Below are positions 23,146-32,927 of a stretch of DNA of 64,000 bases, piece after piece. The notes beneath the pieces are model-generated. The model did no database searches, had not been told where the DNA came from, and saw only the letters and a list, made by a program, of their open reading frames with translations. The translations under genes were made by a program, and so were the position numbers. Numbering within the stretch: position 1 is the stretch's first letter; each line of letters starts with the position of its first letter. Source of the DNA: Raillietiella orientalis (lineage: Eukaryota); contig JAYWIR010000033.1 in NCBI GenBank assembly GCA_036172245.1, positions 248,001 to 312,000 on the forward strand, read 5' to 3'.

Positions 23146-23487
23146 CGCCAGGGCACCCCCAGAGCGGGATGCCTCGCGGCTCCTCCTTTTGGACGAAGCC
23201 TTGGCAATAGGGGAAGACGAAAGGATAAGCGTCGACGAGCCTTTTACTACCGACGCAATTCTCCCCGATAATAAAAGGCTCAAGAGGCTTAATGCGCCAG
23301 GGGAGGACGGCCTGCCCGAGGAGTTTTTCCAATGCTTCGCGGCAGAGCTGGCCCCCCTGCTGCTTCAGTGACCAAGCTGATAAGCAACGAAAGCGACGTT
23401 TACGCCTCGTTTCGGTCAGTCCGAGTGAGTCTCCTCGCAAAGGGAGGAAATCTGAGATCAGTTAGCAATTGGCGTCCGGTCTGGATT
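23141..23487 (+). mobile_element. G-type RT N-terminal fragment
   Basis: SLYARAPP...APGEDGLPEEFF...SFRSVRVSLLAKGGNLRSVSNWRPV. Confidence 0.88.
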
Positions 23488-24180
23488 GGAATCTATTACC
23501 AAAATCTGTACGCATCATTGTTTTCTCGCTTCCCTAACAATTACCGCGTGTTCGCCTCTGATTATTAACAAAGCCAACCTAGTCATTTTTGGAAGAATTA
23601 TTCCAGGAATCAACTGACTGATCCCTTAAATGGACCACGAACGGGAGCAAGGACTGAGGTCGGCAAAGTTAAGAGTACAATTACGAGAATCCGATGCTCA
23701 TAGAAATGCATAGTGCATTGCTTCTGAATCATCACGTGAGTTAGCTCATCAATTCGGCGTTTTCAATATTCTTGTTTCTTCCAAATTTATGGCATTTCAG
23801 GTGAATTGCTCGTCCGTACAGTCAATGCAATTCTACGATACGAACAGCCTCTCGTTTGATCCACAATTCTTCTCGGAGTGTGTCACTGTCTCTGCTCGAT
23901 TGCTGCAGACATGCTCGGCAAAGGCAATTCCCTGAAGGCAGCTGTTCGACACATGCATAATCACATGGAAATTCATAACACATTTCCGAATCCTTCCCAA
24001 ATCAATGAAGTCATGGAAGTGGATCTTCTGAAAGCAACTGTCTGCATCCACCTGACCTTTCTTTGACTAACGTATCTGCTACCAAGATGTTCAAAAAACT
24101 TCAGAAGAAAATTTGAAAAAATTTCAAAAGTAGCTATTCACGAATCAACCTAACCTCATATGTAGAAATGACCGTTTCAA

Positions 24181-24400
24181 ACAAAAATAATAGGAACATT
24201 CAAATTTTCAATAATCCCATTTGTTATCTCGGAAATGTTTTTGATTCGTTGCTTTCTTGAGATCATTCCTCCATGCTAGATTAAGAGTCAATCCACAATT
24301 CAAATTTTTCTGACCCCCTCTGACCTCCCCTTACCATCTGCCATAGAAGTACCACTATTTGATACCAATCTTCTATTCAGATCAGGCTTCTCAGTGACAC
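24181..24400 (+). pseudogene. cox3: Separate, diverged mitochondrial cox3 fragment (NUMT)
   Basis: Aligns to 27241-27460, e.g. TTATCTCGGAAAT, AATCCACAATT, ATAGAAGTACCACTATT. Confidence 0.85.
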
Positions 24401-24869
24401 TGCAAGTGTATCAAATGTCTTTTGCCATTTCTCACTATGCTTGTATGTATCTGTGATAGTGCGTGCACAAGCTCTTACTTGAAGCCCTCAACTGATTGAA
24501 AATATATTGACTCAGATATAAAATGAATTTGTGAAGAAAAAGCATTTATTAGAAAAATTGCTCCTTGTTTCAGAAATTTATAAGAAGAACTCCACCTTCT
24601 TGATTGATGTATAGTGTTGACATTACTAGGTTTCCGTTTTTTCCCTTTCGGGAATATGTTAACAAGGAAGGGTCAGCTTTCTTTCTTATTTATATCTTTG
24701 CGAGTGTAATGGTAAAGCAACGTTTCTGTCCGGTTCGCCTCTTTCCATATACTAGTCGGATGGCAAAATTGCTCAGAGATAAGCATGAAAATCCTGATAA
24801 ATATCGAAAGTGCTCACTTCAGTCCATGGAATGTTGCTCCTTCAGTATATCAGTGTATGAATACCGGTG

Positions 24870-24915
24870 AAAAACCCATCCACAATTCATTCATTCCTAT
24901 AACTACCATCCATAT
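24870..24915 (+). pseudogene. cox1: Probable extreme 3' end of cox1
   Basis: Reads PSTIHSFL*LPSM, similar to cox1 C-terminal PPxxHSxxELP, immediately before trnL2. Confidence 0.45.
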
Positions 24916-24970
24916 TCTGATATGGCAGAATTAATGCAATGGACTTAAAATCCATCAATCCTACTTAGGA
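24916..24970 (+). tRNA. trnL2: Mitochondrial tRNA-Leu(TAA), T-armless (NUMT copy)
   Basis: TCTGATA TG GCAGAATTAATGC A ATGGA-CTTAAAA-TCCAT. Anticodon at 24946-24948. Confidence 0.88.
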
Positions 24971-25430
24971 GTAAAACCAAATTCCAAAAATTGTACTCCA
25001 CCATCAAAAGACTCTCAAACTCGCTACCTTCCTTAACACCCCTAATACACACATTTCCATCCCTATCCATCCTTTTTGTAATAAACACCAACTACCTAAC
25101 TTATCCAGTTATTAAATCGACCATTAACCAATGACTAAAATCATGAAAACATACAATCTACAAAACTTTCAAACTGAAATCCAAGTCCAAGTCCACCATA
25201 CCCATTAAAGAACCCTATGACTATTTACAATTACCATCACCCCATACAACCATGCTCAACTGGAAATGACCCCACTTTCCAATCCATCAGTAAATAAAAT
25301 TAACTCAATCGATTGACCCACCAATATCTCCTTCCATGCGACAAATTACATAATAACCCATACTACAATACATAACATACAAAAACACCCTCAAACACCA
25401 TTAAAATGCTCCAATAATACAGTATGGGAA
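24971..25430 (+). pseudogene. cox2: Highly degenerate first copy of cox2
   Basis: Patchy colinear similarity to 25535-26175: TTCCAAAAATTGTACTCC vs TTTCAAAACTCGTACTCC; ATTAAATCG..CAATGA (IKSxxxQW); AATGCTCC. Confidence 0.55.
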
Positions 25431-25480
25431 ACTAGCGCAAACGGCACATCACTAATACACAATTCGTTCCAAATAAACAT

Positions 25481-25535
25481 ATTAAAATAGCAAATACAAT
25501 GCACTGGATTTCAAATACATCAACAACATTTAGCG
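25481..25535 (+). tRNA. Degenerate mitochondrial tRNA-Leu-like sequence (anticodon reads TCA)
   Basis: ATTAAAA TA GCAAATACAATGC A CTGGA-TTTCAAA-TACAT has the same layout as 24916-24970. Confidence 0.55.
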
Positions 25536-26175
25536 TTAGCACCTCTCATATTTCAAAACTCGTACTCCCCCCTCACAGAACATTTCATCCTACTACACCA
25601 TTACATCATAATCACTCGAATCATCAACTGTTTAATAATCCTATATAATACCTTCATCTACCTCTATAACTCCTACACAAACTTCATACTGCTCAAAAAC
25701 CACCTTATAGAACTTGTCTGCACCTCCCTGCCCTCACTCATCCTCCAACTGATCATACTTCCCTCCTTACACATCCTCTACCTCCTAGATACTAGCTACT
25801 TACCCTCCATAGCTATTAAATCAATTGCTATCCAACGATTCTGAACATACGGATATTCAACTTTCAAGAAAACCAAATTCGATTCCTTCATAGTACCAGA
25901 CAGGATTCTTAGACAACGACAAACTTCTACCTTATAACACCATAATTCACATAATCATCACATGATCAGACGTTCTTCACTCGTGACCCATCCCATCCTG
26001 AGGAATTAAAATCGACGCCATCCCCGGACGACTTAATCAACAAGCCATCTTCCTAGATAAACCTGGCGTATCATTTGGACAATGCTCCGAAATTTGCGGC
26101 ATCAATCACAGATTTATACCAATCCAACTCAACTCAGTGAGACTAAAAGATTTCATTCATACAATAACAGAAAAT
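25536..26175 (+). pseudogene. cox2: Cytochrome c oxidase subunit II (NUMT)
   Basis: [43 protein letters not shown] (AGA=Ser, ATA=Met). Indels present. Confidence 0.95.
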
Positions 26176-26238
26176 TAGAATTTTAGATAAAAAAAAAACA
26201 ATAACCTGGCAGCTTATAATTGGTAAAACAAATTTTAG
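26176..26238 (+). tRNA. trnD: Mitochondrial tRNA-Asp, mutated (anticodon loop CTGGCAG for CTGTCAG)
   Basis: Acceptor TAGAATT/AATTTTA, anticodon stem ATAAC/CTTAT, located just before atp8. Confidence 0.65.
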
Positions 26239-26250
26239 AACTTTATTTCA

Positions 26251-26397
26251 ACACCACACTTAACACCAATATACTGACTCCCTCTATGCATCTTCTTCAC
26301 AACCCTAACCGCAAGCATAACTCTATTTATCCCCCTCCACATCGCACCATCACCATCACACAAAAACCATAAAATAAATACCAAAGGATCATGATAC
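26251..26397 (+). pseudogene. atp8: ATP synthase subunit 8 (NUMT)
   Basis: (T)PHLTPMYWLPL resembles MPQLxPxxW. The frame ends on ATGATAC, a mutated ATGATAA atp8/atp6 overlap. Confidence 0.8.
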
Positions 26398-27035
26398 ATT
26401 CTATCTTCACCCCTTTACACCCCTGCACCATAACCCCACCATATTTCATCACTACCTCAATCACTATCATCCTAATCCTTTCTTACCCCATATGAATAAT
26501 ACCAACAATTTCGAGACTCTCCATCGCTGGTCCAATAACGCTACTGGCAAAAACCATCAACAATAACCCACACTACCAAACCACTACATCAATTAAAATA
26601 TTCATTACCTTCTTAATCACCATTACTCTCATAAAACTATAAAGACTTACCCCTTATACAAGTTCCTCATTCGCCAACTTATTGCTATCAACATTCCTTG
26701 CCATCCCACTATGAACCGCCAGACAACTATTTTCCATTTTCAACAATCACTCGAACTTCCTAACCCATCTTATCCACAAAGGAACTCCCCTTTCACTCTC
26801 CCCATTCATTCCATTATCAGAAACCATAAGACTGATAATACAACCCATATCCTTATCGCTACGACTAACAGCCAACATTACCCCCGGACACATCCTTATT
26901 ACTATACTATCCAACAAACTCACAAACCTCGTCCCATCCAGACCTATTATAATAGTAGAAATTACTAGAGCTTTCATGCAAGCTTACATCTTTATTACAC
27001 TAACATCACTATACACAAACAAATATCTACAATAA
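26391..27035 (+). pseudogene. atp6: ATP synthase subunit 6 (NUMT)
   Basis: ETMSLMMQPMSLSLRLTANITPGHIL and EITSAFMQAYIFITLTSLY. Frameshifts upstream. Confidence 0.92.
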
Positions 27036-27804
27036 CAAATCACCAACCCTTCTTCATCCACCAATACAGCCCCTTACCCTTTCTCATCTCCCTATCACTC
27101 CCATCAATAACCCTCTCCCTCACATGGCTTATGCACAAAATATACTCACCCATTACCCTATGCATTACAACCACAATCTTAAACCGATTCCTCTGCGGAA
27201 AAGACATGAAGCGAGAATCCTCATTCATGGGTATTCTCCCAAGAAAAATAATAAAAACACTGAAATTTGCCATAATCATATTTATTATCTCAGAAATTTT
27301 TTCATTCATATCATTCTTTTGGTCATTCTTCCATTCTGGATTAATATACAATCCACAATTTTGATTTTCCTGACCTCCAACTAATCTTACACTACCCTCC
27401 GTTATAGAAGTACCACTATTCAATCCTATTCTTTTATTAAGATCCTGCATTTCAATAACATCAACACATCACTCCCTCCTAAATAAAAATTACTCCATCT
27501 CACTTTTCTCTCTACTTATTACTATTGCAATCGGATCAGCATTCCTCAGAACTCAAGCCATAGAATATTTCACACAAGTTCTCTATTGCAGATTCCATTA
27601 TTGGCTCTGCATTTTTTATTGCACCAGGATTCCACGGCTTACACGTATTTGCTGGCCTCATTTTCCTCGCCTTATCTATAAGCCAAATCTTTTCGCTTTC
27701 CATTACTCACCTCCATCACCTATCATTTGAATTCCCCATTTGGTATTGACATTTCGTAGATATCGTGTGACTCTTCCTATTTTTATTTATATACTTATGA
27801 ACAT
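27032..27804 (+). pseudogene. cox3: Cytochrome c oxidase subunit III (NUMT)
   Basis: FIISEIFSFMSFFWSFFH, WPP, GFHGLHV, YWHFVDIVWLFL. Frameshift near 27575; SPWP mutated to SPLP. Confidence 0.96.
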
Positions 27805-27859
27805 ATTCTTTTAGTATATACAGTAGAACAAACTTCCAATTGTTAAGAAATAAAGAGTA
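27805..27859 (+). tRNA. trnG: Mitochondrial tRNA-Gly(TCC), T-armless, 55 nt
   Basis: Acceptor ATTCTTT/AAAGAGT; anticodon arm AACAA-ACTTCCAA-TTGTT; 7-nt TV-replacement loop. Confidence 0.88.
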
Positions 27860-28105
27860 CTTCTTCTAGTGTATCGCACTAATCTCTAATATCCTTATTC
27901 TTACTACCCTACCAATACACAAAATCCCAACCTTACCATCTTCTCACTATTACTTCAGATAAAAAATTCTCTTATCATTTGTGCTATCCTCATTCTTCAT
28001 CCTGACATGAGTAGGAATCCAAGCCATTACTTTATCCACTTGTCACCTCTTAGACAAATAGAATCACCCATCTACTTCCTATTCTTCATCATGTTCCCTC
28101 TCTAA
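27860..28105 (+). pseudogene. cob: Cytochrome b C-terminal fragment (NUMT)
   Basis: IALISNILILTTLP, FFILTWVGIQ and QMESPIYFLFF match the cob C-terminal helices. Confidence 0.8.
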
Positions 28106-28108
28106 TCC

Positions 28109-28167
28109 GGCATTATTAGTTTCATTAAAACATTGATTTTGTAAATTAAATAAATAAATTAATGGCA
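28109..28167 (+). tRNA. trnT: Mitochondrial tRNA-Thr(TGT), T-armless
   Basis: Acceptor GGCATTA/TAATGGC; anticodon arm TTGAT-TTTGTAA-ATTAA. Confidence 0.82.
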
Positions 28168-29659
28168 ATAATATACCGTCAAGAACTAATCCTTCGTACC
28201 CAAAATTTATTCTTTTTAAATAATTCTAACCACCTCACCATACCATCCTCCCATTCCCACCATCACATTTCTAGCAGCTCCCATAATCAACCGCAATGAC
28301 CGCATTGCAGCATCGCAATGACCATCCGGGAGAACACAAATGCGATACTGGAAAAGATTGGCAGAGGAAAGCATCGCACCTCCGTTCAAAAACATTGACC
28401 AGCTGACTGTGATTCAGCCACGGTGTAGTCGCGGAAGTCAGGCGCTACCAACATGCCCTGGAGATTCAGCACTGACAACGACGGCAAGCGATGCACCTCG
28501 CTGCGTATCTACTCAGAAGGGAATTGGGTATGCACTTCTCCGCTTTCACCGCATCTGGAAGTGACCCTCGGGCTCCTGAGAAGAAAATTTCCGTCATGTT
28601 CGCAGGCTAGGATGGGATTCATCCCTACCCTCACCCGTCCACCGCATCCTAAATAAGTTCTGCCTCGTGCTCTGAACCAGAACACTTCCCTACACGTCTC
28701 GCGCAACGCAGTCCACGCTACACTGCCAAACAGTGTCCGCGCAAACGTGTTCTTTCTTGCACGACCTTTGTTTTCCCGGCAAGGTCAACTAGCAGAAATC
28801 TCAGGGGGAAGTGTTTCGGTACATGCGCAGTGCAGTCACCTCGCCTGCATGTGGCAGTGCTCACACCTCCTTGGACCCAAGTCGCAGATCCGAAAAGCGG
28901 AATACTACTGCCACTCCTGAAACAGCATCGCGGAAGGGATGAAGAAAGGAAGGCACGTGCCCAGATCCCAATTTGCTCGCAAGAATTGCCTCTGCGGCAC
29001 GCAGATTGCGAAAATAATCAATCGCCTTTTTCCTGTGCAGCTTCATCCCCGAAGCGCACTTTCCGACTTCCTCTTCAGAGACCGTCCTTGCGGATGCAAT
29101 CCGCTCCCTTCCTCATGCCATTCGTCAGGTGTGCCCTACAGCTCTTGCGCTGGTCTTTTCCTGCACTCCGTCAGTTCCAGCTCACTATTCCCGAAGTCAC
29201 ACTCCTCGCGGCCAACACGCCGACCTTCCCACTTGCAACCTTGACTTCCCATCCCACGGCGAGCAGCTCAATCTTTTAGCAATATCGCTGCACTTACAAC
29301 TGCTTCCCAGAGCTATTCACAACCGCTCCAAAGGATGCCACTTTTTCTTCAAAAGTCTCCTCCTCGGACCACCCTACCCATCGCCTGACAATCAGCAAAT
29401 CGAACGTCTCCTAAACACAACAACGAACTTCGACGTCGATCTCTCAGCAGCCTTCGATCACGGATGTCTCTTCACCCATCATGTGGCCTCCACTCTCCAC
29501 CCGATCTCGTTTCCATGGTTTCCTTTGGTAAGGAAATTTTGCTTTCCAATTGCAAGGCAGCTAGCAGTTTCTTGTTGCAAAAGAGAGATGATGACTTCCA
29601 AGGACCGCGTCTCAGCTGCAACAAGCGACCACTGCAAGATGTTAAGACCGTCCTACTAG

Positions 29660-30367
29660 GAGATTGCTTGGAGCGCATCGTCTCCGGGGTTGGAGGGGGC
29701 ATGCGCGCATTTGATACTGGATCTAGGGGAGATCACTTGGATCGACGAGGACGATGGCTATGTGCAGAACGATCCGTGCACCGGCGTGTCTGGAGAGGCC
29801 TGCGTCACGTTATTCTCGGCCGGGCCGTCTTCCTGCACGTTGGCCATGAAAATGCCTTCGGTAACGCAAGAGGTCCATAAGATCGAAACCGATCCGCGTG
29901 AGTCTGCACCCGAGTCCGCGACCCTGCATTCCACTTCTGGGCAAGGTGAAAAGGTATATTTTCTTAATCCCGTCTGCCCTCACTGTGGAGAAACGTGGCA
30001 GGACCGGGAAAAAATTAAAATGCCGGGCGCCTTTGTCGTTCATGACGGACCCATCTGTCTCCTGGTGAGAGAACGTGTTCACACATCTGAGCACAAGTAC
30101 GTGCAGGCAGGAGCATCGCACGCCAGAGGCTCGCCGTCCTTGGCGAAGGACGTGCGCGCCGCACACGGCAGTGCTGGCCAGCAACCAAGCTGCTCCGGAA
30201 CGGGGGCCGTGAGCAGCTTATATTCGAGTGCCAGAGCGGATGCCAGCGCGGAACGCTCGCACCCTGTTGACTGCTCCCCGGTTTACCAGAACGTCATGTC
30301 TATGATCGGAAAATTTTTCCGTAGATTGCTCGTTTGCGTTGCTCCACGGCGTCGCCGTAAAAGATGA
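29660..30367 (+). CDS. Unassigned ORF of about 230 codons, possible terminal exon of a lineage-specific gene
   Basis: Longest ORF in the non-TE block. One CPHC motif, a basic tail, and AATAAA right after the stop. No recognisable domain. Confidence 0.25.
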   Translation, partial: EIAWSASSPGLEGACAHLILDLGEITWIDEDDGYVQNDPCTGVSGEACVTLFSAGPSSCTLAMKMPSVTQEVHKIETDPRESAPESATLHSTSGQGEKVYFLNPVCPHCGETWQDREKIKMPGAFVVHDGPICLLVRERVHTSEHKYVQAGASHARGSPSLAKDVRAAHGSAGQQPSCSGTGAVSSLYSSARADASAERSHPVDCSPVYQNVMSMIGKFFRRLLVCVAPRRRRKR

Positions 30368-31899
30368 ATTAATAAATTCCTGTTTCAAATGGTTCAGTTT
30401 GAATCTCCTGTTGGTGGGGTACACGGGTTCGGATTGGTTTGCTTGGGCCCGTGCGCAAGTCCCTGCACGTGCGGCATTCCTCTAGCCGGCTGGCGCCACC
30501 TGCTTCCAGCGTGCTGCCGACGCCTGTGGCAATTCGACACACGCAACCTCTGCATCGAAAGGAGCGCGGCGTCCGCTGACGTAAACGAAGGGGATGGCAT
30601 GAGCCATCCGGAGGAGGAGCGGACTCTTACAGCACACAGTTTGGAAAGCGAACCACTACTGCGACGAGTGGATGCGTTTTCCTGCAGTTTTCGGGTGGTT
30701 TCTTCCTCGTTCGTCATTAACGTGGCGACGTTCAGCATCTCTAGTATTTGCCAGCCGATACCAAGTGCTGCTCTCTAGCGCTGCCGTGGTGCAGGGCATT
30801 TTGCATCGCTTACGGTTGCAAACTGACGATTGTACCTCCGCCGAAGCGGCGTGCGCTTGTGCGGTGAGCGGCGAACTTGCTTACACCTGTACGGAAACTG
30901 AAGCTTCAGTATTTGAGCACGTGATTTGGAGGGTTTGCAGGAGACGATGCATTTTGACACGCAACTGTTGGCTGCCACACCTGTGGCCTACCTCCTTCCG
31001 CAGGAAGGAGTTCCGATTCACTGGCTGTCAGGCGAATAGTGCCAGTAGAACTCTTCGTGTCCCAGCTCGCACTACAGGGTGCCTCAATTCTTTCGACAGC
31101 CTGGGTCGCCGGCCGGGTTGCTGCGCGCTACGGGCGCAACAGCAACACTGGCAAAAGGCAACACTCGGGTGAAATCCATTCTAAGAGATGGTGATGCGTG
31201 CAGTCTTCGATCTTCCTCCGCATAATGTCGCTGGTGGATTCGGTACAGTGGCCAGTAGAGTTTCGAATCGAACAGCGAATAGAACTGGAAGGATCGGGAG
31301 TCCACCCTCGGTGCACGTTCGACGGGAAAACAGAATCGATAACGACGGTTCGCCTCGAACGTCTTTTCTGGTTGTGCAAGCGTGTAGCTCCCCCATTCTT
31401 CTGTTGAACTCATCGTGTCTCCAACCATGGAGCTGCCGGATGGATGTTCAACACTGCAGAATGCAAAGAAGAGTTTTGCTTTTTTCTGGGACCACCATTT
31501 CCTTAATATTTTGTAGCCACTCTTCAGATACTCTTCAGAAAAGCACGGAACGACTGGCAGCGAGAGGTTGTGGTAGGAAAAGTGCGGCAGTCGCTACAGC
31601 ATCTCCATACTCGCTCCTTTGTTTTTTAACCACGTGCGCACGGTTTTCTTCAACAAAGCACTACTGTTTGCCGGCTAGTGGAAAATTTAGTTGCTGGTCG
31701 TGATAAGCTATGGCCAACTTCCGTGGTTCCAGAGCGCAGTAAAGCATTTTGCGTGTATTCCGCCAGGAACGAAGACTGTCGCCTTAGACCAAAGCAACGG
31801 GTATTGTGCGGACTGGCACCGGTTTGTGCTCTAGAGATTCGTCACTGAGGTCGGCGCCTTCTACGAAAGCTACCGTTCCAGGCGCTACAGCGTCAGCAG

Positions 31900-32620
31900 G
31901 ACGAAATTTTCCTCTCGACACGGAGCGCAATAGTCCTTCAGGCTGATGAGTCCATTAAATGCATTCTAAGGCATTCCTAAGCCCGCCTTTCATTTCCACT
32001 TTCTGGGGTGCGAACAACAAGCGGAAGGCGGAAGAGGTGCGCGTATACTTCATCCACACCTCTGCTACTTTAGGCAACATGAATGTGCCATGTTGGAATG
32101 CGCCGATCGCCGACGCTGTCTTCTGGGAGCAACCTGTCTTCGCTTCCTCCTGGGAATAGTCCCTCGGCAGTGCACCGAGCTACTTTAAGTACTGAATAGC
32201 ATGCATTAAAAAGTGAATCCATTTCAGATGTCGACGCTGAACGGAATGCTACCGCGGAAGGGTTCGCTTGGTGCGTCCTGTCCACCTCCAGTCCAGAGCC
32301 GTAGCTTGATAGCTCGAAGAAATCTTCGCAACCTGACTACGGTGTTCAGATGGACAGTACCAAAAGAGAATTGTCGGCGGACGCTGACACGGCCGGTGCG
32401 CTTAAGCATTGCACTTCAGGCGAGTCAGACCTTCCCGTACGGAGTCAGCAACAAATCGTGGAAGGTGCTGAAGAGCAGGCGGTTCAGGGTGGCGGCCAGC
32501 CGTATGCCGTCGCGCACCTCCACTGTGTACTCCTTTGGTCCTCTGAACAAATTGTTGGTTATCACGCCGCCACGGCAGGTGTGCAGTAAGTGGTTTCAGA
32601 TTTCGCGAAGCGCTCCCGTA
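31900..32620 (-). mobile_element. Heavily decayed RT/thumb fragment of the same lineage
   Basis: EDFFELSSYGSGLEVDR and CSQKTASAIGAFQHGTFMLP match EDFFDLLSRGTGLTVNR and CLQKAQAAIGLFQDGRFYLQ. Confidence 0.7.
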
Positions 32621-32629
32621 CCGCAAGAT

Positions 32630-32927
32630 GCATAAGAAACTGCTGGTCGATGCCGTCGAAAAAAAGCGAACGCGAGTTTGCTAGCGAAGGTGTGTGCCGA
32701 GCTCCTGGGATGAAATGCAAACGCCTTCATCAGCACGGAACAGACTATGCTATTTCCGCGCGGGGTATGGAGGCGAACCTGTTCCAAGCTTCCATCTGGC
32801 TAGACCTCCTACAAGAAATAAACTTGATGCGCAACCAGGATTCCAGTGCGTGCGCCGGCAAATGCTCAGATGTCCGGGTCAAGTATGGCGCCCTTGCAAG
32901 AGCCGTCGACTTATGGAAAGCATTCGA
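32630..32927 (+). mobile_element. D-like RT fragment
   Basis: YAISARGMEANLFQASIWLDL...AVDLWKAF. Confidence 0.8.

Larger units (their letters stand above)
24870..28290 (+). other. Nuclear mitochondrial insertion (NUMT), invertebrate mitochondrial code
   Basis: A/C-rich, G-poor strand. Mitochondrial genes are in order but carry frameshifts and substitutions at conserved residues, and sit among nuclear LINEs. Confidence 0.93.

Noticed and set aside
24870..28290. Functional mitochondrial genome or contaminant contig
   Set aside because: Frameshifts, mutated anticodons, lost conserved residues and nuclear flanks indicate a NUMT.
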